From positions 1 through 64,000 of the IMG/VR virus record IMGVR_UViG_3300027754_000047: a stretch of 64,000 bases of DNA; one strand, 5' to 3'. The notes under the pieces are model-generated. The model was not told the DNA's origin, did not search any database, and saw only the letters and a list, made by a program, of their open reading frames with translations. Shown piece after piece: positions 1 through 10,817 of this stretch (its first letter is position 1; each line of letters opens with the position of its first letter). Made by a program: the position numbers and the translations under genes. The stretch is from a virus.

Positions 1-3000
1 TGCTACTTGACCTTTGAGGTCTCCGTTTTGATCTATAATAATCTGCAAATAATCGGGGTCAAAAGCTGCAACTTGTCGAGCTGAGGGAGTAGTTTCTGTG
101 TCTCCATAAGTTTGGCTAGAGCCGTTGGCGCCAGTAGATACTCGAACATCCGCTGCAACTAACGTAGAATTGCGAATAGCTGTTAGCGAGAACTCCCCGA
201 TAAGTACGTTTCTATCTCCTGCAGTAGAAAGCAAGGCTTGACGAGATTCTCCTTGGTCATCGCTACCTTGCTCTCCCTGCGGCAACGAATCAATCATTAC
301 GTTAGGTCGAGTTATTACTAGGTTTGCCGTACTTTGATTCCAAGCAAAATACTTACTGTCTTGTAGCACAGTTACTGTAGCGTTAGTTGAAAACTGGCCT
401 GCAGGAGTAGCAGCTACTTGTTGCGCAAACCATCTATACGAACTATCTATAATGAACGCATCATCTGCAGTATTAGCGCCTAGTACTGGAATTTCTATAA
501 ATACATTACGCCCAACGGTAGCCCTATACGAAGCAATTCTAATTCTTAATTTGAGTCGGCCGGATAATGAGCTGGGCGCTAAAACTTCAGAATTAGCGTT
601 AATAAGCTGTACAGCAAAGTTACCCGTACCGACAATAAACGCAGCACTAGCTACAGTGTAGATTCCCGCTAAAGGCGCATAATTAGTACTAAAGGTGTGT
701 TTAACTCCACTCTTTATAGGAATGAAAGAAAACATTGCATCCGAGGAATGAACGTGCTGCGTGGTTGCAGTAGCCTGGCGGCCTACAATAGCTGCGTTAA
801 AACCAAATTCTGCATTGCTACTCGCCCTTGCTGCATATTCTGCGTCGTCTATGACAGCTAAGTGGTTACTGCTGTAGATGGGGCTTAAGCCAACCTCATT
901 AGTATGGCTTACGCTAGATTCTATTCGAGCTCGAGTTGGTCTCGTTGTATTTAACTTAGGATAGTTGAAGTCCGTGGCTACCGAGATTGGTACTGTAGTA
1001 GCTAAGGCTTGGTTGTAGTTATGGCGAACCAAAGTACTAGCAATCATTAAACGTTTATTAGGACTACTGGTACTAAGCGTACGACTGTCAGCAACAGTAG
1101 CTCCAGTAGCTAAATCGTAAGTGCCGGTAGCACTCATGCGGCTTACAAATGTATTGTTGTTCGGAGGAAAATCTGTACCACTGTTGGACTCGTAGTTAGT
1201 GGTAAATTTAGTTACGTCGGCTCCTATTGCTTTATAGCCCGAAGTAGATTTAACTACACTTGAGGTATTTAAATTAGAAGCCCTGAATAGCAACACAATA
1301 CTAGGAGAGGAAACAGTATTGTCAGGGTAATAATCGCCGTTTATTAAACCTAGAGTTGAGTGTAAGCGAGCACTCAGTTGCGCAGTGTTTGTGCTTCCAG
1401 GGTTTACTACCACTACAGTAGCACCAAAAACATTATGGCTGTAGTAGACTGGAGTATCTGCAATACTAGGGGTGCTACTAGATGACGCAATAGGAACAGG
1501 ATATCTAACCTGCTCTTGCAATTTAATTGGATAAGTTACGTCTTGCAAGCCCGAGAACATAAACGCACGAGCAGAATGGCATAACGCTGTTATTGTTGCT
1601 ACGCCTAATGTTACTACTGAGATGTGGCCAGGATCAAATCCATTACTGCTTGGTACGTTGGCCTTAAGCTCAACGATAGGGGGAATGCCTAAGATTAAGG
1701 GAGTTAACTTAAGAATGCCAGAGCTTGTAGCGCCTACGCAACTAACTTCGACTAACGCAGTAGTAGCTAATTCAAACTTAAGGCCGAGGATTGCTGCTGG
1801 AGCATCTAAAAGCCCAGTAACAAACACCGGAGTAGCTGAGTTGGTTAGTGTAAACTTAATGCCTAAATTTGCTGCTTGGCTAGTTGATTTAGCAGCCAAC
1901 TCAGCAGCCACTAAGCCTAGATTTAAGTTACTGGTTTTGTGGTTTAGCTTAGGCGTAATAACCTCATTGGTTATTGTAAACTTAATGCCTAAATTAACAG
2001 ACCCTGTTGCGGCTGTTAAGGGGTACCAAGCAGCAGTTTCCAGAGCTACTGGTGCCGGATGGATTACTATTAAGTTTGGATTTGTTAAATCACGATAGCT
2101 AACAAGCGCCAGCGTAATACTATTACTAGGCACCTTAAGCGTTTGCAGTACCACAAAGCCGGCTGCTGGATCCAGATTACTAGAGCTTACTGTTGGTACG
2201 TTGCTTACTGCTTGTACGCTGACGGCTACTAGTTCTTTAGTTACTAAAGCAGGCTGACCAGTTACCGCTACTGCTGCTATAGTTACGCTGCCTGCACTAG
2301 CCAGTAACAACGGGGTTAAAGCTAAGCCTACAAGCTTAACATCTAATTTAGGTGTATTTGACGTTACATTGCCTAGCGGTACAGGCCTAAGTAATGTAGG
2401 GGCACCGATTACAGCCTGTAATACCGGAGTAGGAATATTGATGAACTCAAACTTAAGCCCTAAATTGCTGCCAGCTAAAAAACAAACTGGAGCAGCGGTT
2501 ACGGCTGTTAATTCCTTAGTGCCTAAATCAGGAATACTACTAAGTAACTTAGCTTGTAATACTTGAGCAGCTGCTTCAAATTTAACTGCTAACGGCTTAA
2601 CTGAGGTAACTAAGCCCAGTAAAGAAAGGGGAACTGCTGCAAAATCCTTTGTTTGCAGTTCGGGTTTGCTTAGCTGAATTGCAGCTACTAAAGTTGGAGG
2701 GCTAACTAAAGCTAACGGAATGCAAGGTAAGTTTGGTGTGTTACTAACAGCCTTAGGTACTAAGGTTACTGCTGTTAATTCCTTAGTGCCTAAATCAAAT
2801 TTGCTTAGCTGAATTGCAGCTACTAAAGTTGGAGGGCTAACTAAAGCTAACGGAATGCAAGGTAAGTTTGGCGTGTTACTAACAGCCTTAGCTACTAAGG
2901 GTACTGCTGTTAATTCCTTTGTTTGCAGGTCAGCAGTGCTTACTGAGCCAAGTAATAAAAGCGGAGAGCTAACTAAAGCTAACGGAATGCAAGGTAAGTT

Positions 3001-4272
3001 TGGTGTGTTACTAACAGCCTTAGCTACTAAGGGTACTGCTGTTAATTCCTTAGTGCCTAAATCAGGTTTGCTTAGCTGAATTGCAGCTACTAAAGTTGGA
3101 GGGCTAACTAAAGCTAACGGAATGCAAGGTAAGTTTGGTGTGTTACTAACAGCCTTAGGTACTAAGGTTACTGCTACAAAATCCTTTGTTTGCAGTTCGG
3201 GTTTGCTTAGCTGAATTGAGGCTACTAAAAGCGGAGGGCTAACTAAAGCTAACGGAATGCAAGGTAAGTTTGGTGTGTTACTAACAGCCTTAGGTACTAA
3301 GGGTACGGCTGTTAATTCCTTAGTGCCTAAATCAGGAATACTACTAAGTAACTTAGCTTGTAATACTTGAGCAGCTGCTTCAAATTTAACTGCTAACGGC
3401 TTAACTGAGGTAACTAAGCCCAACATAGAAACCGAAACTGCTGCAAAACCCTTTGTTTGCAGTTCAGCAGTGCTTACTGAGCCAAGTAATAAAAGCGGAG
3501 GACTACTTAAAGCTAACGGAATGCAAGGTAAGTTTGGCGTGTTACTAATAGACTTAGCTACTAAGGGTACTGCTGTTAATTCCTTAGTGCCTAAATCAGG
3601 AGTGCTACTAAGTAACTTAGCTTGTAATACTTGAGCAGCTGCTTCAAATTTAACTGTTAATGGCTTAACTGAGGTAACGGAGCCCAGTAAAGAAAGGGGT
3701 ACTGCTACAAAATCCTTTGTTTGCAGTTCAGCAGGGCTTACTAAGCCAAGTACTAAAAGCGGAGGGCTACTTAAAGCTAACGGAATGCAAGGTAAGTTTG
3801 GCGTGTTACTAACAGCCTTAGGTACTAAAGTTACAGTAGTTCCTAATGGCCTAGGCACCAAGAGTGTAATAGAGTTAGTACTAGCGATAGCCGCTACCGC
3901 TACTGCCTGAAACTCCTTGGTAAACAGATTAGGGTCAGGAGAGTTGACAATAGCTTTATGGAGATTGTTTACTGAGCCAAGTACTAATGGAGTTAACTTT
4001 AGGTTAACTACAGCTGTAGTCGTGGACTTAGTTACTACTGCAGGAATACCAGACCACCCAACCAGAAACCCGTTGGTTGTAGTATTAACGGATAAAGTGG
4101 TGCCTACAGCTTCTGCTAAGCTTAGCCTTAATGGGGCTAAGAAGAATTTACCGTCTACAACCGTAGTAACGGCTTTTGGCGCTGCGCTAACAGGCAGCGT
4201 AAGCAGCGGGATAATAAGCTCGCCTGTACTGACTGCCGATACAATTACTGGACACGTATTAAGATTAGGCAT
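1..4272 (-). CDS. Large repeat-containing putative virion/fibre protein (>=1424 aa, runs off the window edge)
   Basis: ATG at 4272 (MPNLNTCPVIVSAV...). The stretches I translated, including the last codons at position 1, are open; the ORF track omits it, consistent with no stop in the window. Rich in T/A/V/P/L with internal tandem modules; lies directly downstream of the RCC1-repeat gene. Confidence 0.8.
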   Translation of the reverse strand, partial: MPNLNTCPVIVSAVSTGELIIPLLTLPVSAAPKAVTTVVDGKFFLAPLRLSLAEAVGTTLSVNTTTNGFLVGWSGIPAVVTKSTTTAVVNLKLTPLVLGSVNNLHKAIVNSPDPNLFTKEFQAVAVAAIASTNSITLLVPRPLGTTVTLVPKAVSNTPNLPCIPLALSSPPLLVLGLVSPAELQTKDFVAVPLSLLGSVTSVKPLTVKFEAAAQVLQAKLLSSTPDLGTKELTAVPLVAKSISNTPNLPCIPLALSSPPLLLLGSVSTAELQTKGFAAVSVSMLGLVTSVKPLAVKFEAAAQVLQAKLLSSIPDLGTKELTAVPLVPKAVSNTPNLPCIPLALVSPPLLVASIQLSKPELQTKDFVAVTLVPKAVSNTPNLPCIPLALVSPPTLVAAIQLSKPDLGTKELTAVPLVAKAVSNTPNLPCIPLALVSSPLLLLGSVSTADLQTKELTAVPLVAKAVSNTPNLPCIPLALVSPPTLVAAIQLSKFDLGTKELTAVTLVPKAVSNTPNLPCIPLALVSPPTLVAAIQLSKPELQTKDFAAVPLSLLGLVTSVKPLAVKFEAAAQVLQAKLLSSIPDLGTKELTAVTAAPVCFLAGSNLGLKFEFINIPTPVLQAVIGAPTLLRPVPLGNVTSNTPKLDVKLVGLALTPLLLASAGSVTIAAVAVTGQPALVTKELVAVSVQAVSNVPTVSSSNLDPAAGFVVLQTLKVPSNSITLALVSYRDLTNPNLIVIHPAPVALETAAWYPLTAATGSVNLGIKFTITNEVITPKLNHKTSNLNLGLVAAELAAKSTSQAANLGIKFTLTNSATPVFVTGLLDAPAAILGLKFELATTALVEVSCVGATSSGILKLTPLILGIPPIVELKANVPSSNGFDPGHISVVTLGVATITALCHSARAFMFSGLQDVTYPIKLQEQVRYPVPIASSSSTPSIADTPVYYSHNVFGATVVVVNPGSTNTAQLSARLHSTLGLINGDYYPDNTVSSPSIVLLFRASNLNTSSVVKSTSGYKAIGADVTKFTTNYESNSGTDFPPNNNTFVSRMSATGTYDLATGATVADSRTLSTSSPNKRLMIASTLVRHNYNQALATTVPISVATDFNYPKLNTTRPTRARIESSVSHTNEVGLSPIYSSNHLAVIDDAEYAARASSNAEFGFNAAIVGRQATATTQHVHSSDAMFSFIPIKSGVKHTFSTNYAPLAGIYTVASAAFIVGTGNFAVQLINANSEVLAPSSLSGRLKLRIRIASYRATVGRNVFIEIPVLGANTADDAFIIDSSYRWFAQQVAATPAGQFSTNATVTVLQDSKYFAWNQSTANLVITRPNVMIDSLPQGEQGSDDQGESRQALLSTAGDRNVLIGEFSLTAIRNSTLVAADVRVSTGANGSSQTYGDTETTPSARQVAAFDPDYLQIIIDQNGDLKGQVA
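2495..3830 (-). repeat. In-frame coding tandem repeats (132/135-bp modules)
   Basis: GCTAACGGAATGCAAGGTAAGTTTGG starts at 2711, 2846, 2978, 3113, 3248, 3512 and 3776 (spacings 135, 132, 135, 135, 264, 264). Encodes SNTPNLPCIPLAL, with a second module VKFEAAAQVLQAKLLSS present three times. Confidence 0.9.
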
Positions 4273-4275
4273 GGC

Positions 4276-7200
4276 TTAAGTGTTGCAAATAAATAATGCG
4301 AATTTTAAGCCTAAGTTAGGCGCAATGGTAATTAGCTTTAAATCACAAGCAGGGGAATTTACTTTTAATTCTTTAGTAATTAAATTAGGAGTAGTCGTAA
4401 GTAGAGTGCCGTTAGGTTGACCTGGAAAACGCAGCATTTCGAATTTCAGTCCTAAATAAGTAGGCAGCGAGTTGGTAGCTAACTTAGCCGGAATAATCGG
4501 CGGAGCGGTTGGAGCCCCTAAGTCTATGATTGCGGTGTTAATTATAAAAGCAGCAGGCGGGAAGGAGTATAACGTAGGCGCCAGCATTGTACCAGTAACT
4601 ATGTCATTAAGTATGGGCCTGTTGCGCACCAAACTAAATACTGATTTAAAATTAGCAGTTAGATCTCCTAAGATCTTAATGGCAGGATTACCTATAGGCT
4701 CAAAAGTGGGCAGGACATTCAGTATGTTAGCTACTATTTCTGGGTTACCACTGGGGCCGTATTTACGAGTACCGCAAATAAATCGACTATCTGCAGGATA
4801 GCTAACAGGCTGCTGCCGGCCGGCTAGGCCGCTGGTACCGAGATTGAAATCGTCTAGCGTAGAATCCAGCAAGCAAGGGCAACTTTTTTCTAGTTGTAAG
4901 TCCGAGGCGTTGGTTGAGACGCCTGTAAAGGCAAAATAGTCCGCTTGGTAACTAGGGCCGTCCACACCTGCACCAGTCCAGATGCCTGCCTTACGGCGAC
5001 CATAAACCACCATAGGGTATGGGCCATCATCCACCTCAACTACCAACTCTACGTCAAGGGTTAGGTTAACGTAATTGGGGGGTGAAGGCGCGGTGCCGTC
5101 GGTAATTACCACGGTTATTGGAGTTTGGTTAAACTTAAGTAAAGCTGCCGCCGTCGATGCATCTCGGTAACTCCAAGTGTTAAAAATGCTGTTAGTAGTG
5201 GTAGTAATAATAGTGCTACACGCCGGGTAACACCCCGTACGGCTATTAGCAGCAGTAATAGTCGTGCTTGTTGGAGGTATAGGGTAAAGAAAATTCCCAC
5301 TGTAAGCGGCAGTATCTACAGGCAGGCTTCCTACCGGTACCGGCATTAGGCCTGCTTCAGTGTAGGTTTCCTTAGTACCAATATAAGTGTAGGCAGTATT
5401 TGGATTAAATCGATCAGAAAAAACAAAGGTAGAAGTCGTTACCGTTGGGTCGTGCAGATTGGTGCCTTTTATTAAAGTAGCGGCTCCCGCCGTCCGTTGT
5501 AATAAATAAGCGACAAGCCAATTGTTCTGCTGGTATTGTATGTTGACTTGCCAATTGTTGAAGTTTACAGGCACGGTATCTGCATTGGCAGCACTGGCTG
5601 TAAAGGTTAATCTGACGTCTAGGCCTCTAATTCTATTTGCAAACTTAGTTGTAGGTACCACAAAGTTAAAGGTTTTAGCATTGCTAGTAGTAAAATTTAA
5701 GGGTGTATTACCCTCTGTAGAGCTGAAGCTGTGAATCTTTATGGGATCTGTAACTGCAGTGTAAGAAGCGCCACAATAAACCTTGGCGGACTTACTGAAG
5801 ATTCTAGGCACTATTGGAGTTAAGGTGCCGTCTTTTAAAATACGTTCTGGGCCTGCTGTTTGGCCTTCGCAACCGTAACCTGTAATCGCTAGTTTATTTA
5901 CCCGGCGGCGATCAAATCTAAATCCAGCGTTAGGGGTATCAAAGTAATTAACGTAATTAGCGCTGGTGGTTAAATGGCCGTCGATTGCTACTTGGTTGTA
6001 GTCGGTTATTGATGAGTTAAACAACACGGCAGTAGTCGTAGCTCCTGCGTCATAATCCGTGATGTAATCGTAATTGTTTTGAATTTCTAAGCTTAACGGC
6101 CCGTGGTATTCTTGTAAATGATTAATACGCTGATTAGCGTTCGTAGCTTCAGCCGCTGTGGTGCAACACTTCTTAAGCTCAGCAGCTACAGTATCAAAGT
6201 TAGTCCAAGGCATTCCGTAAGCTTGGGGAATCTTTGCAAAGGCTGTACCGTTTAAAACAGGGCTGCCTGTTAGGCTGGTTACTACCGTAGCGGGATACGT
6301 AGCTGGGTTAAAGCTAAACTTAGCTTGTAAGGCTTCTATAAGGTGCGAGCCTAAAGGTAGGCCTGGATTTGAGTAAACTAAAGGCTGTGCGTCTACGTCT
6401 GCTTCCACATTTGCTAAGTCACTGTGCATTAACCAACGGTAATCGCCGTAGTAGTTTACTGGAGCGGTTTGGCCGGCTATGTTACTTAAGCCTACGTAAG
6501 CTTCGGCTGGAGCAGCATCAGCAGCAGTAGCGTAGCCAGCAGGATTGCCTGTTACAGAGTTGTCGTAGCGAGTAATGGCGTGAGTATCTAAGTACCACAT
6601 GCCGTAAGCAGCACTGGCTAAGGCACTACCCCCCCAAGGAGTCGCGCCTGCACCGCCGCCTGCACCGCCGCCGCCGGATCCTAGGTTGTAGCCTCCGCTT
6701 AATAAACTAGTGCCATATTCTCGGCCGTCTCCTGCACCCCAAGCAACCAACACAGGTTGGTGGCTTTTCTTGGTGCTATGTAAGATGGAGCTTGGAACAG
6801 TAGGTCCAGTTATCGTGGTTGACAGTATTGACCCTAAGGCTGAGGCTATATCGGGTACTCCAGCTAAAGTATTTAAACTTTTAGCTATAGGCCAATCGCC
6901 AGTGGTGGCGGCCACAATATGCCCTAGCCCTGTTTTGAATCCGCTAAAAGGCAGCGTAGGTAATAAGCTTAAGTCTAAACTAGGATTAGAATTATTGTTA
7001 GCATATATACCATTTCCATCGATGGCTGGGACTATGGCCTTCCAAGCTACTGGGCGGTTGTCTGCGTTTACTACCACTACTGTACCAGACGAGCTTACAT
7101 GCAAACTACTCGGCACTACGTAATTAATAGCAACCGCAGTCGGAGTAGGAGTTCCTAGAGCTGCTGTAGCGCCGGTAGTGTCGTTAATCTTCCCATAATA

Positions 7201-10200
7201 GTATGAGCGGGTTTTAACCTTTAATGCGGTGTTACCTGCATACAGGTAGTCGGTACTATTGTCGTTAGTTTGCCTATTTCTACGAATAAAGCGAAAACCA
7301 GAATAAGGATTAAATACTTCTGGAAACCAGTTAATGTCGGACCCGGTAAAGAAAACCGATGCTTCAAAGTCAAAGGTACTGGCAGCTACTCCGTTAATTT
7401 GGAGATCAGCTACGTCACTAGGAGCCGGTTTTGATAGGTAGTAAGACTTTTGTAAATTCTTGATATAACCGATGTAACCTGTAAAGTCGGAACCCGGAGC
7501 TACATCTTTAACCTTAAACTTACTGATGCTTATAGGGCTGCCAGTCGGGTAACAGCAAATAGGATCGAAATTAACGTCGTAGTTATCGTCGTTATCATTG
7601 ACGGATGTTATGCCTATTATTTCATTGGTCGGAGTAAAGAATCCTCTATTTAACAAACTAAAGGCTCTAGGAGTGCCAACACCTTCGTCAAGTGGAAATC
7701 CTATTGTAGCATCAAACATACCCACTAGTGCAGCTCTGCTACCTGTACCTGCTATCTGCATGCAAGGATTGTCTGCAGCATTAAAACCAGTAGTGCCACT
7801 ATGCCCTAAGCCGGTAGGGCCGGTAACAGTTGCCATTCCGCCGAAAAGATTGGCCAACATAGTAGGACTGGCTCGGCCCCAACTAACTACTCGCCCACTA
7901 GCTGAAACTTTCTGAATTGTAGTATAAGCATCGCCTCCAAGATCTGCTCGAACCCTGCTCATTGAATGCACTATTCCGTGCGTAGTGTAAGGCCCACAAA
8001 CTACTTTCTTAAAAGTTAAGTCTTGAAATGGGCGGTGGTTAGCGGTAGTCGCACCACCTTTGAAACGAGCCAACTGGACTTGCCAAGGATCTGTTGCTTC
8101 AGACGTTACCTCAGGCTCGGCAGGTAAGTGGTACTGATCCATACTCTGGCAGTGATGGGGATACGTAGGCAAGGATGGCTGATATTCGGTGTAACTAGTA
8201 CCCCACATAGGCCCAAGCTCGGTAGCGACTACGGAAGGGTCAGAGGATAAAGAATTCGGGTCGTAATTACGGTAGAGTCTACCTGCGTTTCCATAGACTC
8301 TACCTGCACCCACACACTGAATCTTTAACTTGCTATCTATCATGGCTGTGTGGAAGGCTCCTGCTGCTATGGTGCCCTTTAAAACCTTACCTGTAGGGTT
8401 GCTTAGGCCAAAACCCGCAGCAGTAACTTGCCCTACCGTTACGCCGGCGTGGTTCGTAACATTAGTAACGCTAACGCTACTGTACTCGTTACCGGACTCG
8501 TATATAGTGTCGCTGCTAGCATTCAATACTCCAGGTGGATTGTCCTCAGGCAGTGCTAGCATATTGTTAGTGCCAGCCTTAAATACGGATTGGCCGAAGT
8601 GAACGCTACGGCTAGCAACTCGTGCAGTTTGATCTGAGGCCGGAATAGGAGAGCTGCCTGCTGGCATTACGTAGCCGTTAGTAGAGCCTGCAATGGCGGA
8701 GTTGCCTGCGCCCCACACGTATATAGCTCCAGCTTGAGTACGAGCTACGCAATGGTAACCTCCTAAGGCCAGTTCGACTACCGGATCTGTTGGGGTAGTT
8801 GTATCAATTGCACCAGCAGAATTTACTAGGTTAATTGCTGCGGGTACTTCACATTGGTTATATTGATTGTTGCCCCAGCAATAAACTCGCCCATTAGCGG
8901 TTACTACTCCTACGTGGCCAGGTAAATTCAGGTAGCTGACGTGGGCTGCGTAACGCTCAGTTGACGTACGGGGATTAAAGCTATAGGGGTAAGAGCCAGC
9001 ACTAAAAACTGTGGTGACTCCTACCGTACCAATACTAGGGTCATCTACATAGCTTCGAGCTACATACTCCATTAGCTCTTCATCTAGGCCTGGAATCACG
9101 TAGCCTGGCAAGCCTTGAGCTTGAACCTGCGGGCCTACAGCAGCAGCTACGTCTACTATTCCTGCACCAGTAGTACTTAAGTAGTCCGTAAGCTTTACTG
9201 GCGGAATGCATTGCCCCCAACGGTTACTGCCCCATACGGCTACAGTATTATCGTGTACAGCTATTCCGTTGTAGGTACCTACTGCTATAAGATGGCCTCC
9301 TCCGCCGTGAAGATGGCTATCGAGCGCTAGCGAATTTGGGATGTTGTTTATTTTGTATAGGCTGTCTGCTGTAGCGCTTTTAGGGTCAACTCCTAAGCCC
9401 ATGTTCCAGGCACTGCGCCAATCTACACTACGAGGCGGAGCATGAATAAGCTTACTCGGAACTTGATGCTCCGCAGGAATAAGGTCTCCATGGTAAGCGC
9501 TAAACATATACTGTAAGCGGCGGGAAACACTTTCCAACAATACATAGCCGTACTGAGTAGCCTTTATATCTTCATAAGCAAGCCAACGTTCAGAATCTAG
9601 TGGGTAGGTGCTAGACCATAAAGCCTTAGTTTGAATAGCATTGCCAGCAGGCCGAGAAGTCTCAGAAGTAAGATTTGGGTAATAGCCTAGCGGCGGACGT
9701 ATTACCGGAGTGACTGCGTTACTTGGAGTACTTTCAGTAATCCTAAACCTAAAGTAATCGCCTAGATCTGGTACGTAGGCGTTTGCTGCGGTAAGTACTC
9801 CGCCTAAGATTTTGTCTTGGTTGTTTAAGGCTAGGTAGGTAACTAGCGGATTGCCCAATGAGGTTTTAGTTGCGTAGGTGGCAAAACACTTAATACTAGC
9901 TGTATTAGCTGTTATAGCTCCTACTGCAGTATCTCCTAGTACGTACACTTCTGGACAAGTAGGACTCTGAGTGAAACCGGGTAGCAGTCTATTTACCGTC
10001 GTATGCCTACCTAACGAGATACTGGTAAGTGGTAAATCTCTACCTAAAGGTACACCCACAGCTGAGCAACTGTTAGCGCTAGTAAAGTTTTTAATCGCAG
10101 ACCCTAGAACCCCATTAAGCTCAGTAAATACAGGGGTTAAGGTTAAGCTTACGTTAAAGGCGGGATTGATAGCCCCTGCTGCAGTATTGAGGGCTAGTTC

Positions 10201-10809
10201 GCCTGGTTTGTTAGTAAAGTTGCAACTAAGCAGTTGGGTGTTAGCAGTACCTGTAGCCAAGAAGTGCCCGTACTCATTAAAATTACTAATAAGGTTAGGG
10301 TATCTAAATCCAGTGTTATAGAACTCGTAATAGTTTAACGGGTCACTTGCCTGCTGGGCATTACCACCGATAGTAGGCTCGGCGACAGCTTGTTTTAACT
10401 GCAGAATGGATTGAGGAATACCATTTAAAAGAATATTTCTTAATCCGCCATAGGGCTTTAGTACAGGCACTGGAGTAGCATAATCTTCAGTGTAGCGTCC
10501 GCCAAGAATTCTATTAGCGTAGGCTGCTTCTATTATTCGGACTCGGTTGCCGCTAAATGGCAATAGGCGGGAATGCTTTTCCCGGACTAGTAGATGTTCC
10601 GGACCTGCTATTACGCTTGTAATTTCAACGCTAGTATCCAAGCCTAGGGTTTTAGAACTGCAGTTGATGTAGGCAGGAAAAACCCCAGGGCAAGGTACCG
10701 TAACCCCGTAACCGGAACCAGGGGTGGAGTCTAATTGACCAGAGCCTAATGGGCTGCTGGTGCCAGCGTAGGCACCAGCATTAGCAGCGGCAAGTAACAC
10801 TACCGGCAT
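4276..10809 (-). CDS. Giant RCC1/BLIP-II-like repeat protein, probable tail or receptor-binding protein (2177 aa)
   Basis: RCC1-type blade motifs VAVWGSNRWGQC, GRVYCWGNNQYNQC, LALGGYHCVARTQAGAIYVWG, IAAGAFHTAMID and VVCGPYTTHGI, separated by long insertions. Confidence 0.7.
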   Translation of the reverse strand: MPVVLLAAANAGAYAGTSSPLGSGQLDSTPGSGYGVTVPCPGVFPAYINCSSKTLGLDTSVEITSVIAGPEHLLVREKHSRLLPFSGNRVRIIEAAYANRILGGRYTEDYATPVPVLKPYGGLRNILLNGIPQSILQLKQAVAEPTIGGNAQQASDPLNYYEFYNTGFRYPNLISNFNEYGHFLATGTANTQLLSCNFTNKPGELALNTAAGAINPAFNVSLTLTPVFTELNGVLGSAIKNFTSANSCSAVGVPLGRDLPLTSISLGRHTTVNRLLPGFTQSPTCPEVYVLGDTAVGAITANTASIKCFATYATKTSLGNPLVTYLALNNQDKILGGVLTAANAYVPDLGDYFRFRITESTPSNAVTPVIRPPLGYYPNLTSETSRPAGNAIQTKALWSSTYPLDSERWLAYEDIKATQYGYVLLESVSRRLQYMFSAYHGDLIPAEHQVPSKLIHAPPRSVDWRSAWNMGLGVDPKSATADSLYKINNIPNSLALDSHLHGGGGHLIAVGTYNGIAVHDNTVAVWGSNRWGQCIPPVKLTDYLSTTGAGIVDVAAAVGPQVQAQGLPGYVIPGLDEELMEYVARSYVDDPSIGTVGVTTVFSAGSYPYSFNPRTSTERYAAHVSYLNLPGHVGVVTANGRVYCWGNNQYNQCEVPAAINLVNSAGAIDTTTPTDPVVELALGGYHCVARTQAGAIYVWGAGNSAIAGSTNGYVMPAGSSPIPASDQTARVASRSVHFGQSVFKAGTNNMLALPEDNPPGVLNASSDTIYESGNEYSSVSVTNVTNHAGVTVGQVTAAGFGLSNPTGKVLKGTIAAGAFHTAMIDSKLKIQCVGAGRVYGNAGRLYRNYDPNSLSSDPSVVATELGPMWGTSYTEYQPSLPTYPHHCQSMDQYHLPAEPEVTSEATDPWQVQLARFKGGATTANHRPFQDLTFKKVVCGPYTTHGIVHSMSRVRADLGGDAYTTIQKVSASGRVVSWGRASPTMLANLFGGMATVTGPTGLGHSGTTGFNAADNPCMQIAGTGSRAALVGMFDATIGFPLDEGVGTPRAFSLLNRGFFTPTNEIIGITSVNDNDDNYDVNFDPICCYPTGSPISISKFKVKDVAPGSDFTGYIGYIKNLQKSYYLSKPAPSDVADLQINGVAASTFDFEASVFFTGSDINWFPEVFNPYSGFRFIRRNRQTNDNSTDYLYAGNTALKVKTRSYYYGKINDTTGATAALGTPTPTAVAINYVVPSSLHVSSSGTVVVVNADNRPVAWKAIVPAIDGNGIYANNNSNPSLDLSLLPTLPFSGFKTGLGHIVAATTGDWPIAKSLNTLAGVPDIASALGSILSTTITGPTVPSSILHSTKKSHQPVLVAWGAGDGREYGTSLLSGGYNLGSGGGGAGGGAGATPWGGSALASAAYGMWYLDTHAITRYDNSVTGNPAGYATAADAAPAEAYVGLSNIAGQTAPVNYYGDYRWLMHSDLANVEADVDAQPLVYSNPGLPLGSHLIEALQAKFSFNPATYPATVVTSLTGSPVLNGTAFAKIPQAYGMPWTNFDTVAAELKKCCTTAAEATNANQRINHLQEYHGPLSLEIQNNYDYITDYDAGATTTAVLFNSSITDYNQVAIDGHLTTSANYVNYFDTPNAGFRFDRRRVNKLAITGYGCEGQTAGPERILKDGTLTPIVPRIFSKSAKVYCGASYTAVTDPIKIHSFSSTEGNTPLNFTTSNAKTFNFVVPTTKFANRIRGLDVRLTFTASAANADTVPVNFNNWQVNIQYQQNNWLVAYLLQRTAGAATLIKGTNLHDPTVTTSTFVFSDRFNPNTAYTYIGTKETYTEAGLMPVPVGSLPVDTAAYSGNFLYPIPPTSTTITAANSRTGCYPACSTIITTTTNSIFNTWSYRDASTAAALLKFNQTPITVVITDGTAPSPPNYVNLTLDVELVVEVDDGPYPMVVYGRRKAGIWTGAGVDGPSYQADYFAFTGVSTNASDLQLEKSCPCLLDSTLDDFNLGTSGLAGRQQPVSYPADSRFICGTRKYGPSGNPEIVANILNVLPTFEPIGNPAIKILGDLTANFKSVFSLVRNRPILNDIVTGTMLAPTLYSFPPAAFIINTAIIDLGAPTAPPIIPAKLATNSLPTYLGLKFEMLRFPGQPNGTLLTTTPNLITKELKVNSPACDLKLITIAPNLGLKFALFICNT

Positions 10810-10817
10810 TTTTTACC

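Noticed and set aside
2495-3830. Possible CRISPR array
   Set aside because: The intervening sequences are themselves repeated, all spacings are multiples of 3, the tract lies in an open reading frame, and no cas genes are present.
452-10321. Numerous plus-strand ORFs in the track (also opposite other long genes)
   Set aside because: They are antisense shadows of long minus-strand genes, with no recognisable motifs.
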